In this document: piece by piece, positions 52,031 through 64,000 of the stretch
How the letters are laid out: the number at the start of each line of letters is the position of its first letter
How positions within the stretch are numbered: the first letter of the stretch is position 1
From: Octopus vulgaris
Lineage: Eukaryota
NCBI GenBank assembly: GCA_951406725.2
Contig: OX597833.1
Location: 45,074,001 to 45,138,000 of the forward strand
DNA: 64,000 bases
Reading direction: 5' to 3'
Translations under genes and position numbers: made by a program
The notes under the pieces: generated by a model
Databases searched by the model: none
What the model saw: only the letters and a program-made list of their open reading frames with translations
Told to the model about the DNA's origin: nothing

Positions 52031-53420
52031 TATTTAGTAGACATGCCCTTTACATTTTTCAATGCAAGGACTCAATTAGGATGAATATCCTAAGGCAGAT
52101 TCATGCAGTAATCTCAAAAGATCTGGCATTGAAGATGCTTTCTTGTTCTTTTTATGAAGTGTGCTATCTATTAGACTGACATGACAGAAGTAAATAGACA
52201 CCCCATAAAACATTGCTTTATGTTTATTCTTGTTTATTCTAACTTGTAAAGGTTTATACTTTTTATTAATTGACATTCTTATGTTTCAGGTTCTATATGT
52301 GACTGTTTAATCATGCCACGTACAAAAGAATCCTTGGAACTGTCTGAATTTCAAAGAGGCCATATTGTGGGTCATTCTGAAGATGGACATACTTAGCATA
52401 AAATCACAGAAAACCTTGGGATCCCACTTTCTACAATTAATAGAGTGATTGTGCAATTCACCAGAGAGGAGAATGAGTCTATATCACCTTACACAGATCA
52501 ACCAGGGCCCTCTGACAGGACCCTTCTCTTTGTTAAGAGAAGTGTGGAGGATAATCCTCATTGCAAGACCTCTGACATAGCAGAACAAGTTGATGTCAGT
52601 CCCAGAATAGCTGTCAGGTATCTCCACAAACTTGGTTACTATGGCAGAGGAGCAAGAAGGAAGCTATTTCTTCAACCAGCCAACAACAAACTGGGAAAAG
52701 ATTAGGCCAGTGAGATGGTGGAGATGCCACTGGCATTTGGGACACTATCATATTCTTTGATGAACCCAGATTTGCTGTATTCCTTGACAGTGGTCAAGTG
52801 TGAGTTTGGATACTGTGTGATCGAAAGTTTGATGTGAAAAGATTGCAGCCAACAATGAAACATGGCAGCTATTCTGTAATTGTCTGGGGAGCAATTTGGA
52901 GCAATGGTTGATCAGAGCAAGTGGAGTGAGAGTGAAACATAAACTCAAATAAGTATCTGTCCATATTGCAGAAAGGACTCCTTCCAATCTTCTCCAGTGG
53001 TGAAATGATTAAAGAAGACTCTTTATTTATGGAAGATGGGGTTCCTAGTCACACGACTAAAATGAATCAAGATTTTTTGGATGAAAATGGCATTAAAAAA
53101 CTTCTATGGCCAACCCAGTCTCCAGATATGAACCCTGTTGAACACCTCTGAGACATAATGGACAGGACACTTCATAAAAAGATCACAAAAACATCTTCAA
53201 ATCCAGATCTTTTGAGATTACTGCATGAAACTTGGCAAGAAATTCCACAAGAGAATATTCATCTTCTGACCAGTAACATGCTTAATAGGATCCTTGCATT
53301 GAAAAATGCAATGTCTATGTCCACTAAAGGTTAAATATTCACATTATAACAATTAATAAATAATTTGAATGTATTTAAATAAATCTTAATTATTATAAGG
53401 TGTCTATTTACTTATGTTAT
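52030..53420 (+). mobile_element. Tc1-family transposon relic; transposase pseudogene 52313-53335
   Basis: MPRTKESLELSEFQRGHIVG, IIFFDEPRF, FMEDGVPSHT, WPTQSPDMNPVEHL, with stops and frameshifts. The left end is an inverted copy of 53185-53330. Confidence 0.9.
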
Positions 53421-53637
53421 ATGTGCATGCATGTGTGTGTGTGTGTGTATGCACGTGTGGTTTATAGGGAGAGAGACAATGTATTATACATCCAAATGAG
53501 AAGTACATTCTGATGCATAGAGCATTAAAGCAATAAAGTTAAAATCTAGACATAGAGTGACCATTGGTTTTGCATCCATGAAAGCCACAGCTTTGTGGAC
53601 AGTTCATTGGACCTAATACATATATTTTCTCTCTCTG

Positions 53638-53743
<106 letters not shown>

Positions 53744-53790
53744 GGGAGAGAGAGAGAGAGAGAGAGACATATATATATATATACACACAT

Positions 53791-54173
53791 ATTCTTTTAT
53801 TTGTTTCAGTCATTTGACAGCAGCCATGCTGGAGCACCGCCTTTAGTCGAACAAATCGATCCCAAAACTTATTCTTTGTAAGCCTAATACTTATTCTATC
53901 AGTATCTTTTGCTAAGTTATGGGGACGTAAACACACCAACATCGGTTGTCAAACGATGGTGGGGGCACAAGCATATTACACACACACACACACACTCACA
54001 TATATATATGTGCAACAGGCTTCTTTCAGTTTCCATCTACCAAATCTACTCACAAGGCTTTGGTCAACCTGAGCCTATAGTAGAAGACACTTGCCCAAGG
54101 TGCCACACAGTGGAACTAAATACAGAACCATGTGGTTGGTAAGCAAGTTACTTACCATGTGGCCACTCCTGTG
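53791..54173 (-). mobile_element. tRNA-derived SINE family A
   Basis: Reverse-complement homolog of 28845-29247. Confidence 0.85.
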
Positions 54174-55001
54174 TAGCTGACTTACCTGGTAATTCCTGGG
54201 AAAGTGGGGCTTATCCTTGGTCTTACACAGGATCTTGTTTTTAGGAATTCCCAATAAGTTATGAATACCCAAATTGCGAAGTCAGTTATTTAATAACATG
54301 AAATTAGTTACACGATAGTAAGAATTCAAATAAAGTAGCCCCAAAAAGGGCTTTAATGTGTTCCCAGAGTATATAGAACATAGGAGGAAATACTAATAAG
54401 GTATGTATACTAAAATTGTGAAGCATGTTTCGTAACAGGCTAATCAGCTATGAGATAATAACAATCCAAAGTAAATAACTCTGAAAAGGTCTTTTGTGTG
54501 TTCCCAGAGAGTATTACCCTTAGGGGCGCTAGTGTTGGTATATACATGAATAAGTCACAAACCGGAATAAGTGGATCTATTGTTTAGGAAAATGCTATTT
54601 ACTTGTTTATGGGTTGTACTGGATAAATTGCGAAAATAACTCCAACAGTTCAAATACTACGAAAAAAGCATACTCAATTTGATTTATTCCAAATAATTTA
54701 TGAAAATGAATGGGTTATTTCCTTTGGATATATAAGGATCCCTTCCAGGGGCCCTATAATTTTTTTCAACAATCTGAATATGCCATGAGGTTTCCAGACA
54801 TGAGTTCTATTGACGTGTCAAGTTTCATGAAAATCTATAAAACAATGTAGGAGGAGTTAGCTAACAACTCCACATATATAGTAGATATAATCAGAAAATA
54901 AAGAGAACCTCAGATTAACAAACACATCGATTGGACCACATTTATAGTATATACAGATATTTTATCCCTTAGTCAGTTATTACAACCGCTAACTCTGTTT
55001 A

Positions 55002-55037
<36 letters not shown>

Positions 55038-55039
55038 TT

Positions 55040-55725
55040 TGCTACTTTATCCTACATAGATATCCCCTTATCATTATCCATGCTGCCCTTCTCCGGGCAC
55101 GATCTGTGGACTTGCCTCTGCTCATTCTCCTCATACCTGCCCAACCCTTACCCATCTCCTGTTTCCCCTCACCTATCACCCCTCCAACACACCATTCTCT
55201 GAGCCTTCCAGCGACTCCTGTCTGACCCCTCCACTTTGCACATCTTCCCTAACCTACCACTACCCTCCTTCAAATGCACTCATAACTTGTGACCTCCTGG
55301 TTCACAATTTCTTTCTTAACCCGCCTCCCAGCCTGTTCCTTCCCTTGCTCCTGCCCATGCTACTACACCTGACCCTACCTCTCCAATACTACCATCCTCA
55401 CAAGCACCCATCCTTATCTCTATCATGTCACCAACTCCTTTACCTACACCTCTAGTAATGTCATTTACTGCATCTCCAGCTCTCTGTCCTTCCCTGTAAA
55501 TTGGTCCAACTTAGCTGACCAGTTCGCAGAACAGCTCCAGGACATCAGACTTGGCAATGATACCCCTGTCTAACACCATTTCTGCTTTACCTGTCCTTTG
55601 CTACAACATCTGACTGTTTTCAGACTGTCTCTGCACAGGAGCCATCCGGACTCTCACTTTCGCTATGTACAGGAATTAGTCTTCTCTCTTCGTTCCTTTG
55701 CACCACATGGGCTCAACTCATCTCC
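55040..55725 (+). pseudogene. Penelope-like element GIY-YIG endonuclease relic
   Basis: Fragments translate to PLTYHP, SFTYTSSNVIYCIS, LADQFAEQLQDIRLGNDTPV and LRSFAPHGLN, typical of the PLE linker/GIY-YIG C-terminus. Confidence 0.75.
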
Positions 55726-56113
55726 TCTCTTCCTCTGACACCAACCTCACCCCCTCTCTTCATTTGACACCAATCCCACACGGTCTCTCACTCACCTCCC
55801 AAACTCTTAACCCACACACCTGCATACCACCCACTTCAGTAACCTCCCCCACATGTACCACTATACACACACCCATACAAACTGTTCAACTCATCACTCA
55901 CTTCTCACACCAATATACACAGCCTCAACACCTTCCCACTCTGTGTACACTTCTCAGTACCCACACAACACACCGTTATCCACATGCACACACACACAAT
56001 CTTCAACAGCATCACCACACATACCATTATACAGCCACCCAGTTTAACTCAGTACACACACCATTATACACACTCCCACACCCACACAAGTACATAATAC
56101 ATGAACACAGACA

Positions 56114-56168
<55 letters not shown>

Positions 56169-56659
56169 TATGTGCAACACGCATAAACACACAGACAAAA
56201 AAGCTTTTGGTTTTATACACATTATACACATGCACACTATTTAGTCAGTAACATTGGCACACACATACACATTTACACACCACGCTTAAAAGCACACATC
56301 AACTGCTACACAACACACACAGACACATACACACGTTACACACATGCCCCCATTCACACATACAGACACATACCATTCTCACATATACACGCTTGCGCAC
56401 CTCCTCTTGTTGGGATCACCATAAATTATCTCCCCTTCATTCTACCTCTCTGTATTATTATCTCCCTTCCATTCAACCTCTTTTTTTCCAATCATTTGCC
56501 ATGTTGAACACCTGAGCTCAACACGTTTTTTTATTCTCTATTTATTTCCTCTTCTTCCTTGTCAAAGAGCATCACACTAGTACTCTTGCTTGTTGTTCCT
56601 ACACCTGCCTTCTTTGTTTTTCTATAAATTTGAACTATATATATATATATATATATATA

Positions 56660-56938
56660 TCACCGTGACCGACCAGGCTATCAGATGTTGCTACACATCG
56701 CTGGTCACAATGCACTTCGCATTGTTTTAGCCTTCAAATGACACCACGCCGCTGGCTAAGCGAGCAGGGCAACAGAAGAAAGAGTGAGAAAAAAGTTGTG
56801 GCGAAAGAGTACAGCAGGGGTTACCACCATCCGCTGCCGGATTTTGCTCAATAAACACTCACAACGCCCAGTCTGGGAATTGAAACCACGATCTTATGAC
56901 CGCGAGTCCGCTGCCCTAACCACTGGGCCATTGCGCCT

Positions 56939-56940
<2 letters not shown>
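56660..56940 (-). mobile_element. tRNA-derived SINE (family B)
   Basis: Minus strand ggaggcgcaatggcccagtggttagggcagcggactcgcggtc...ggtttcaattccc (A/B boxes) followed by a non-tRNA body. Flanked by microsatellites. Confidence 0.75.
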
Positions 56941-56980
<40 letters not shown>

Positions 56981-56989
56981 GTATATATA

Positions 56990-58050
56990 TATATAAATTA
57001 AATTAGAGATAAAACCACTATTATGCAAATCAAACAGTGATAGACATAAACCAAAACATAAAAAAACAAAATAAATATAATTAATATAATATACAAAATA
57101 CATATAAAATATAAAATTTAAAATTTAAATTATTAAAATTTGAAATTTTAAAATTTATATTTATAAATTTTTATATTTTTAAATTTTAAATTTTAAATTT
57201 TAAATTTATAAATCTTTAAAACTTTTAATTTTTTAATTTAATTTATTAAATTGAATTATTTAATTTATTAAATTACTTATTACTTTTTATTAAACTTTTT
57301 AATACTTTTTGATAGTTTAAAATAAAAAAAATTTTTAAAAATTAATAAATTAAAAAATTAAAAGTTTTAAAAATTTATAAATTTGAAATTTAGAATATCT
57401 ATATATATAAAACTGTAGTTGTGTGAGTGTCTGTCCCCTTCGATTTAGATTCCTAACTACTCCCACATTTTGCGTGCAGTTTATAAGTCGTGATTCATAT
57501 CGAGCCCGTCTGAGTATTAGCGCGCGTCTACGATGAGTCTACGATTTAAAAAATAATTTAACATCATTTTTATTCCAAATTAATTTTTCGTATGTCGATG
57601 GCGGCGGAGTTGGCGTCCATGGTCACACCTGCACCTGTTTGCTTCTCCCTTCTTCCTCCTCGTGATGCTGTGGGGAAGGGAGTGTAAGGAAATCAACGTC
57701 GTAAAGCGTTGTCAAGGAGAAGCCTTTAGAACGACTTCATTTGAAGACACCAAAACAGAAATGGCTAAGAAAGCCCGAATTGGCATCTATAGGGAAGAAC
57801 TCTAAAAATGCTTATATAGTTATTTCCTTACAAACCTGAAACGCTGGGCGATACTCTAGTAAAAATATAAAAATTTATAAATATAAATTTAAAAATTTCA
57901 AATTTTAATAATTTGAATTTAAAATTTTATATTTTATATATATTTTGTATATCATATTAATTATATTTATTTTGTTTTTTATGTTTTGGTTTATATCTAT
58001 CACTGTTTGATTTGCATAATAATGGATTTATCTCTAATTTAATTTATATT
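56990..58050. repeat. AT-rich long palindrome interrupted in its right arm by a Helitron
   Basis: aattagagataaaaccactattatgcaaatcaaacagtgatag (57001) / ctatcactgtttgatttgcataataatggatttatctctaatt (~57997-58040). Confidence 0.85.
57398..57859 (+). mobile_element. Complete non-autonomous Helitron-like element
   Basis: A|TCtatatatataaaactg ... ctgggcgatactCTAG|T, with no TSD. Confidence 0.85.
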
Positions 58051-58116
58051 TATACTGTGAAATTTGATTTAATCCTAAATCTGATTTTTCCCTGTAAGTT
58101 TGGATATACTCCCTAA

Positions 58117-58150
<34 letters not shown>

Positions 58151-58159
58151 TATATAAAC

Positions 58160-61100
58160 TCTCCCATTGGTTTTGACATATGAGGATCCGACAACCTACA
58201 CTTTCTTTGTCAGTCATAATGCTTATGTCAAATGTGACACTAAAGTCCCGCCAATGATGCAAAGAAGACTATAGATGCTGCAAGTATGAGGATTACAGGT
58301 CAATGCAGGTAGTATACTTGCAGCTGCTTTACTCCTTGGCCTTGCACCCTGAAACCTGTTAATGCTGGTTGCAACAAAATTTCTAATACCATTTTGACAC
58401 AACAATATCCATTTTATTCGCTTCAAGGCTGTTCGCTCAAAGATGTTGTTAGTTATTTTCACTACTTAGAGGTTACTTTTCAGATTGCCCTTCTATCTGA
58501 GCCATGGTCGACCAAGAGTCCTGTGCCCACTATCAAGTTGGCTGTCCACGAAGACTTTGGGTATTCTTTCATCACTGTCTGATGACAAGGCCAGTCCAGT
58601 GTAATTGTGACTGCATAAGGAAGCTTTCGATTCCACTTGCACTTGCTAAACAAGTCAGCATTAGAAACTCTATCTTCTTGTTAGAGATTGCCCGATTCTA
58701 TAATTCTACGCCATACAAGAGAGTAATAAGAATAACAACTTTATAGACCTGGGTGATGACGGAGTTTGTCAAATGTGTTGGTTGCTTTTGCAAGATGGTT
58801 GACGATTTCACCATCAAGGGAAGCGCTTGAATTCACTTTACTACCAAGATATGTAAATGCCTTCACATAATTTAGGTTTTTCCCATCAACCTGTATAGGA
58901 GTGTCAGGAAAATTGTGAACCACTGGCCTCTACTCGACATTTTGAATTTGTTTAGGAGTAGGGCAAGATTGGTGGATTACTTCTGTCTTCTGATGGTCAA
59001 ACCAAAGGCTTACATGCAGCAGAAAACTGGTCTAGAAGTACCTAAGCTTCCTCTAAGGAGGTCGCTACTAATGCAGCAGCATCTGAAAAAAGTAGATTGC
59101 GAATGATACTGGTGCGTAGCAATGTTCTGGCTTTGAAATGCTGATGGCTGAGTAGTCCTCCACTTATTTGAAACTGGAATTTAACACCACTTTATATGTT
59201 ACCAAAAGCACACTTCAGCATCACTGAAAAGAAGAGTGCAAACAAAACAGGGGTCATAACACAACCTTGCTTTGTGCCACTTGTAATGTCGAAGGAAACC
59301 AAAGATTCCCCACCGGACACGACAGCATCTTTCAATTCCACATGAAAGGAGATGATAACATTCAACATTTTGTCAGGTATACCAAGCTTTTTCAGAACTT
59401 TCCATAGTGCTTGCTGGTTAATAGTATTGAAGGCCTGAGTAAGGTCAACGAATACCATGAACAATTCTTGATTTTTCTCACGTGCCTTCTCTATGACCTA
59501 ATGAAGGGAAAAGATCATGTGGATAGTGCTACAACCAGAACAAAATCCGCACTGTGATTCTGGATAGATATCACTTACAATGTATTTGGCGATCCTGTCA
59601 AGAATGAGTCAAGCAAGAATCTTACCAGCAATAGACAGAAAGGATATCCTACAATAATTATCACAGATACTTCTGTTTCCTTTGTTTTTATAAAGATGTT
59701 GAATTGAGGTATCCTTGAAGTCATGTAGAACACGGCCTACCATCCAGATATTTATGAAGAGGTTATGCAGTTTCTTAAAAAGCTTTAGTCCACCATGCTT
59801 GTAGATTTCAAGAGAGACAGCATCCATGTCAAGTGCTTTACCAGAAGAGATCTATTTAACAGAGTTTGCTACTTCCAGGAAGGTTGGCTTCAGAGACGAT
59901 TCTGGTATTTCAGCATGCTGTGAAATAGATATTATGACGTCACCATTAGTGACTGAGGTGGAGTTCAACCCAGCTTCAAAGTAATCCTTCCATCATTTCA
60001 GGATGTCAGATAACAGTATCTCTCTATTGGATGAAAAACAGGGGTAACACCGTGCACTTGAAGACCATATACATTCTTGTGGCCATCATAAAAGGCTTTA
60101 GAATCCTTTCTGTCTGCAGCATCTTGGTGTTCAGTAGCCTTGAAAGACCACCAAGCCTCCTTCATCCATCTCAGAGCGCATTTGACTTGGCCTCTGCATT
60201 TCTTATAAGCATTCTCTATTCTGGATGAGCTCTTATCATTTATCCATGTTTTATGAGAGCTGTGCTTTTTATCTATAAACTGTTGGACATCTGTATTGTT
60301 ATCATTGAACCAATCTTGATGTTTATGCACAGGCAGTGTATTGCATCACGCAGAGCCTTCCAAGATGACTCTATATCATCACTGATATCAACAGTGTTGA
60401 GTGCAGTGTCCAACTTAATAGAGAATTCTGCTTGCTTTTCAGCAGTTTTCAAAGGTAGAACATTAATGTGTTTAGGCACTGATGACTTTTGTAGTCTTGT
60501 GTGTTTCAGATGGAATGTAGCCTTACTACGGAGAAGAGAATGGTCAGAGAGATAGTAAGTGTTATGAAAGGAACGTGTAATGTTAATGTCCCTAATATCT
60601 TGCTTCTTAGTGATAACATAGCCTATGAGATGCCAATCCTTAGATCTAGGGTGCATACAGATCATCTTGCAACAATTTCGCTGTTGAAAAAAAGGTATTT
60701 GTGATGCTTAGACTGAATTCCTTGCAGATGGAGAGCACACACAGAACGCTGGATTTCATTCAACCTACACCATGGCGACCAAGCACCACCCCCCCAGGCC
60801 TGATAATCAGTACCAACACAAGTGTTAAAGTTGCCTATAAGGATAAGGTTTATACCTATGGTGACAACTGGCGATGACATCGCAGAGTCGGTGGACATAG
60901 TTGGAACATAACAACTGACAAATGTACCACGAGTGTTGTGACCAATTCGCAACGTTAGTGTCTTGATGCGATCAGAAATACCTTTGGGTAGAGAAAGAAG
61001 GGACCTAGCTATTTCTATCTGGATGGCAAAACCAATGCCAGAGTGGCATGGCTTGTCCTCATTTCTTCCACACCAGAAAAATATGTATCCACCTTCACTT

Positions 61101-61690
61101 TCTTCTGACTGTGATGATCCTGCAAGGCGAGTTTCACTGAGTGCAGCTATGTCAATAATGTATTTCTTTAGATCAAGGGCAACTAGTACTGTTTTTCGTT
61201 CCGGTGCTGAGTGATTGACTTGGAGGGTACGTACATTCCAAGAGCCAAAATTAATATTCTTATATTACTTCATGTTTCAGTTATATTACTGAATAACCAG
61301 ACAGCTGCAGTGGGCTACCAAGTTTAAGGTGAGTAAGCAATGTTTAGGGCTCCTTTTCTCACCCCTCCCCCTGTTGGGGAAACTGCGCTGTGCCTAAATA
61401 GACCTGCTTTGTCACCACTGGAAGTCACAGACAGCACAGTTACTCACAAGTTCTGTGCTGGAATGGCCATCACCTAATGGTCGCCGACAATGTAGAGATC
61501 CAGTTAAAGATTTCCAGTAATATCCTTTACCTGTCCTGCCGCTTTCACTTTCTCGCCAGAGGACTTTTTGTTTTTGCACCACTCATCACCAAGCAAGTTT
61601 GTTGGGGTTGCCAATTCAGTCGCCGACGACCCGAACATGCAACAGGTTGTACTGGGTTACATGTTACCAGCAGCGCTCAAGAGCGACTTG
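58160..61690 (-). mobile_element. Near full-length, heavily degraded RTE/BovB-like LINE (distinct family)
   Basis: WNVRTL..DIAALSETRLAG (APE), HPRSKDWHLIGY, FVDLTQAFNTIN, GTKQGCVMTPVLF, FTYLGS, QLHWTG..GHRTLGRP. Confidence 0.88.
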
Positions 61691-61804
61691 ACTCACACAC
61701 ACACACACACACGTTATGTAGACGAATATATATATATGTATGTATGTATGTTTGTATATATATATATATATATGTATGTATATATATATATATACACATA
61801 TATG

Positions 61805-61844
<40 letters not shown>

Positions 61845-62241
61845 TAGGTAAATGGATATGTAAGTAAACTGATAGATAGATACATAGGTAATACGGACAG
61901 ACAAGTAAACACACACATACACAAAAGAAGACTGAAACACGACCATATACACACACTCCACACACAATGACACATATAGAGACACAGCCATACATAACAG
62001 ACGCATGTACATAGGCACTCAAACCCATACACATAGACACATTCAAACATGCACACACAAACACATGAATATGCAGAATACATACATATAAATGTACACA
62101 CACACACATATATATATATATATGATGTGTCAGTGTGCATATGTATACACATATGTATGTATGAATGCATGTGTGTATGCATATATATATATATGCATAC
62201 ATATATATGCATACATATGTGTGTATGCATATATATATATA

Positions 62242-62580
62242 TTTACTCTTTTACCTGTTTCAGTCTTTTGACTGCGGCCATGCTGGAGCACCGCCTTTAG
62301 TACTTATTCTATCGGTCTCTTTTTGCCGAACCGCTAAGTTACGGGGACGTAAACACACCAGCATCGGTTGTCAAGCAATGCTAGGGGGAGAACACAGACA
62401 CACAAACATATATATACGACAGGCTTCTTTCAGTTTCCGTCTACCAAATCCACTCACAAGGCATTGGTCGGCCCGGGGCTATAGCAGAAGACACTTGCCC
62501 AAGATGTCACGCAGTGGGACTGAACCCAGAACCATGTGGCTGGTTAGCAAGCTACTTACCACACAGCCACTCCTGCGCCT
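62242..62580 (-). mobile_element. tRNA-derived SINE family A
   Basis: Reverse-complement homolog of 28845-29247 including the 5' end. Confidence 0.85.
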
Positions 62581-63393
62581 ACATATATGCATACACACAT
62601 GCATTCATACATACATATGTGTATACATATGCACACCGACACACACACAAAAAGAATGCACCTTCAACGCTCGAATTCATATATGTATGTGTGTGTGTGT
62701 GCATGCATACATTTTGCATGCGTTCTTAAGTCTTTTCAACCAGTATTTTTTCTTGTACTAGAATGTTAGCATGGCCTAGTAAAAAGAAAAACTAACAAAA
62801 ACAAAAAAAGAAAAAGAAAGAGAAAAGAAACAATTTGTCTGATGCAGGAACCGGAAAAGCAAGTTCGGATTCACTCTGCACCGACTCTTTCAAAGTTCTC
62901 ATCTGCACATTGTGACGTGTTCATTAAATGTTGCAACAACATTGATGACCATAAAAATTACCTTTTTCTAGGTCAATTACTGTAGTTATTTAATCTCATT
63001 ACGAAATATCCTTGAAATACCAATGAGTTAAGAGATGAAAGTAATTTTCAAGATTACACATGCTTTCATCATATACATGCGTAAACAAACTTTACCCCCC
63101 CCCCTCCCACTAGACATGATTAGAGTAATGACTTTTTTTTTATGTTGTATGAGAAGAATAAACTTATACAACATTCAAATTTTATGCAGGAGAGTTATCG
63201 TTAAACGATGTTCATAAGTTTGTGTATAAACAAACGTAAACAAGTGAATACACAACCACATAAGATCGTAGCTCGCACTTGCTCAATTTTCAGTACATAA
63301 GCGGCACACTTTCTCTGTCTCTCTCTCTTTCTCTCTCTCTCTCTATATATATATATGAGATCTTTATAATATATAATTTATATATAAATATAT

Positions 63394-63462
<69 letters not shown>

Positions 63463-64000
63463 TGTATTTAGAATAATTATAAATATACTAAGTTGTTCTT
63501 AGGCTGGCGTATATATACTTATATATATATACTTGTATGTATGTATGATTTGGACTTTTCTTTTAGAAATATTTTTTAAAGAATTTGGAAATTAATCTTT
63601 TAGAGTATGGCATAAATATTATTCTTTGATATAAAAGCAGAAGTATACAAGCAACGTGTTGCTCATCACACCAGCCACACCTGTAGCGCATAAGCGACCC
63701 TCTACACTCCTTTGGCAATATTGTCAGTCATGACTGATTGATGCTGAGCCTCGATGTGGCATACACACCCACTGTCACACTAGTAAATGTGTTAGACAGG
63801 GGTGCTGCCAGACCAGACAAACGCACAAAATAAACTTCAGGTACACACAGACACACTTGCTAACCAACTACAACAAAAGAGTTTGACTGACGTGCTCCTG
63901 ATCTGGTCCCTGTATCTGGCTATTATTCTTGGACCTGCTGTAATAGTGCTTACACCTGCACAGAGTGGCTGAGCTTCGTACAGGTGACCTGTTTCCCCGT

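Noticed and set aside
54186-54275. Minus-strand donor ccag|gtaagt with a short open frame
   Set aside because: No convincing acceptor or homology, and it abuts a SINE.
61260-61690. HDV-like ribozyme in the 5' UTR of the RTE/BovB-like element
   Set aside because: Expected for some RTEs, but I could not assemble the nested double pseudoknot by eye.

Overview
AT-rich, repeat-dense eukaryotic DNA. The mix of RTE LINEs with (GAT)n tails, tRNA-derived SINEs, Penelope-like remnants and long (TA)n/(CA)n tracts looks like an octopus/cephalopod genome (inference). The only clear host gene is a minus-strand ankyrin-repeat gene with three phase-compatible exons (39130-39236, 36815-36972, 31310-31463). 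Two structures stand out. (1) A 9.2-kb insertion (2803-12004) consists of ~37 tandem 233-237-bp units, a C-rich linker and the 3' end of an RTE LINE. Its empty site is preserved in a local duplicate (~15720). A second element (31607-33091) has the same linker motifs and RTE tail but an unrelated ~522-bp repeat head, suggesting a non-autonomous, RTE-mobilised retroposon family that carries satellite arrays. (2) Six copies of an intronic module (855-18926) have conserved flanks around variable 24/27/42/45-nt minus-strand micro-exon slots. Four slots have canonical splice sites and are open in the frame left by the last ankyrin exon; two have lost both splice sites and contain a stop in that frame. 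Also present: minimal hammerhead ribozymes in Penelope-like remnants, a twin-primed (5'-inverted) RTE, Helitron-like elements, Tc1/mariner and R4-like relics, and several MITEs. Coordinates were read by eye and family names are not database-verified.
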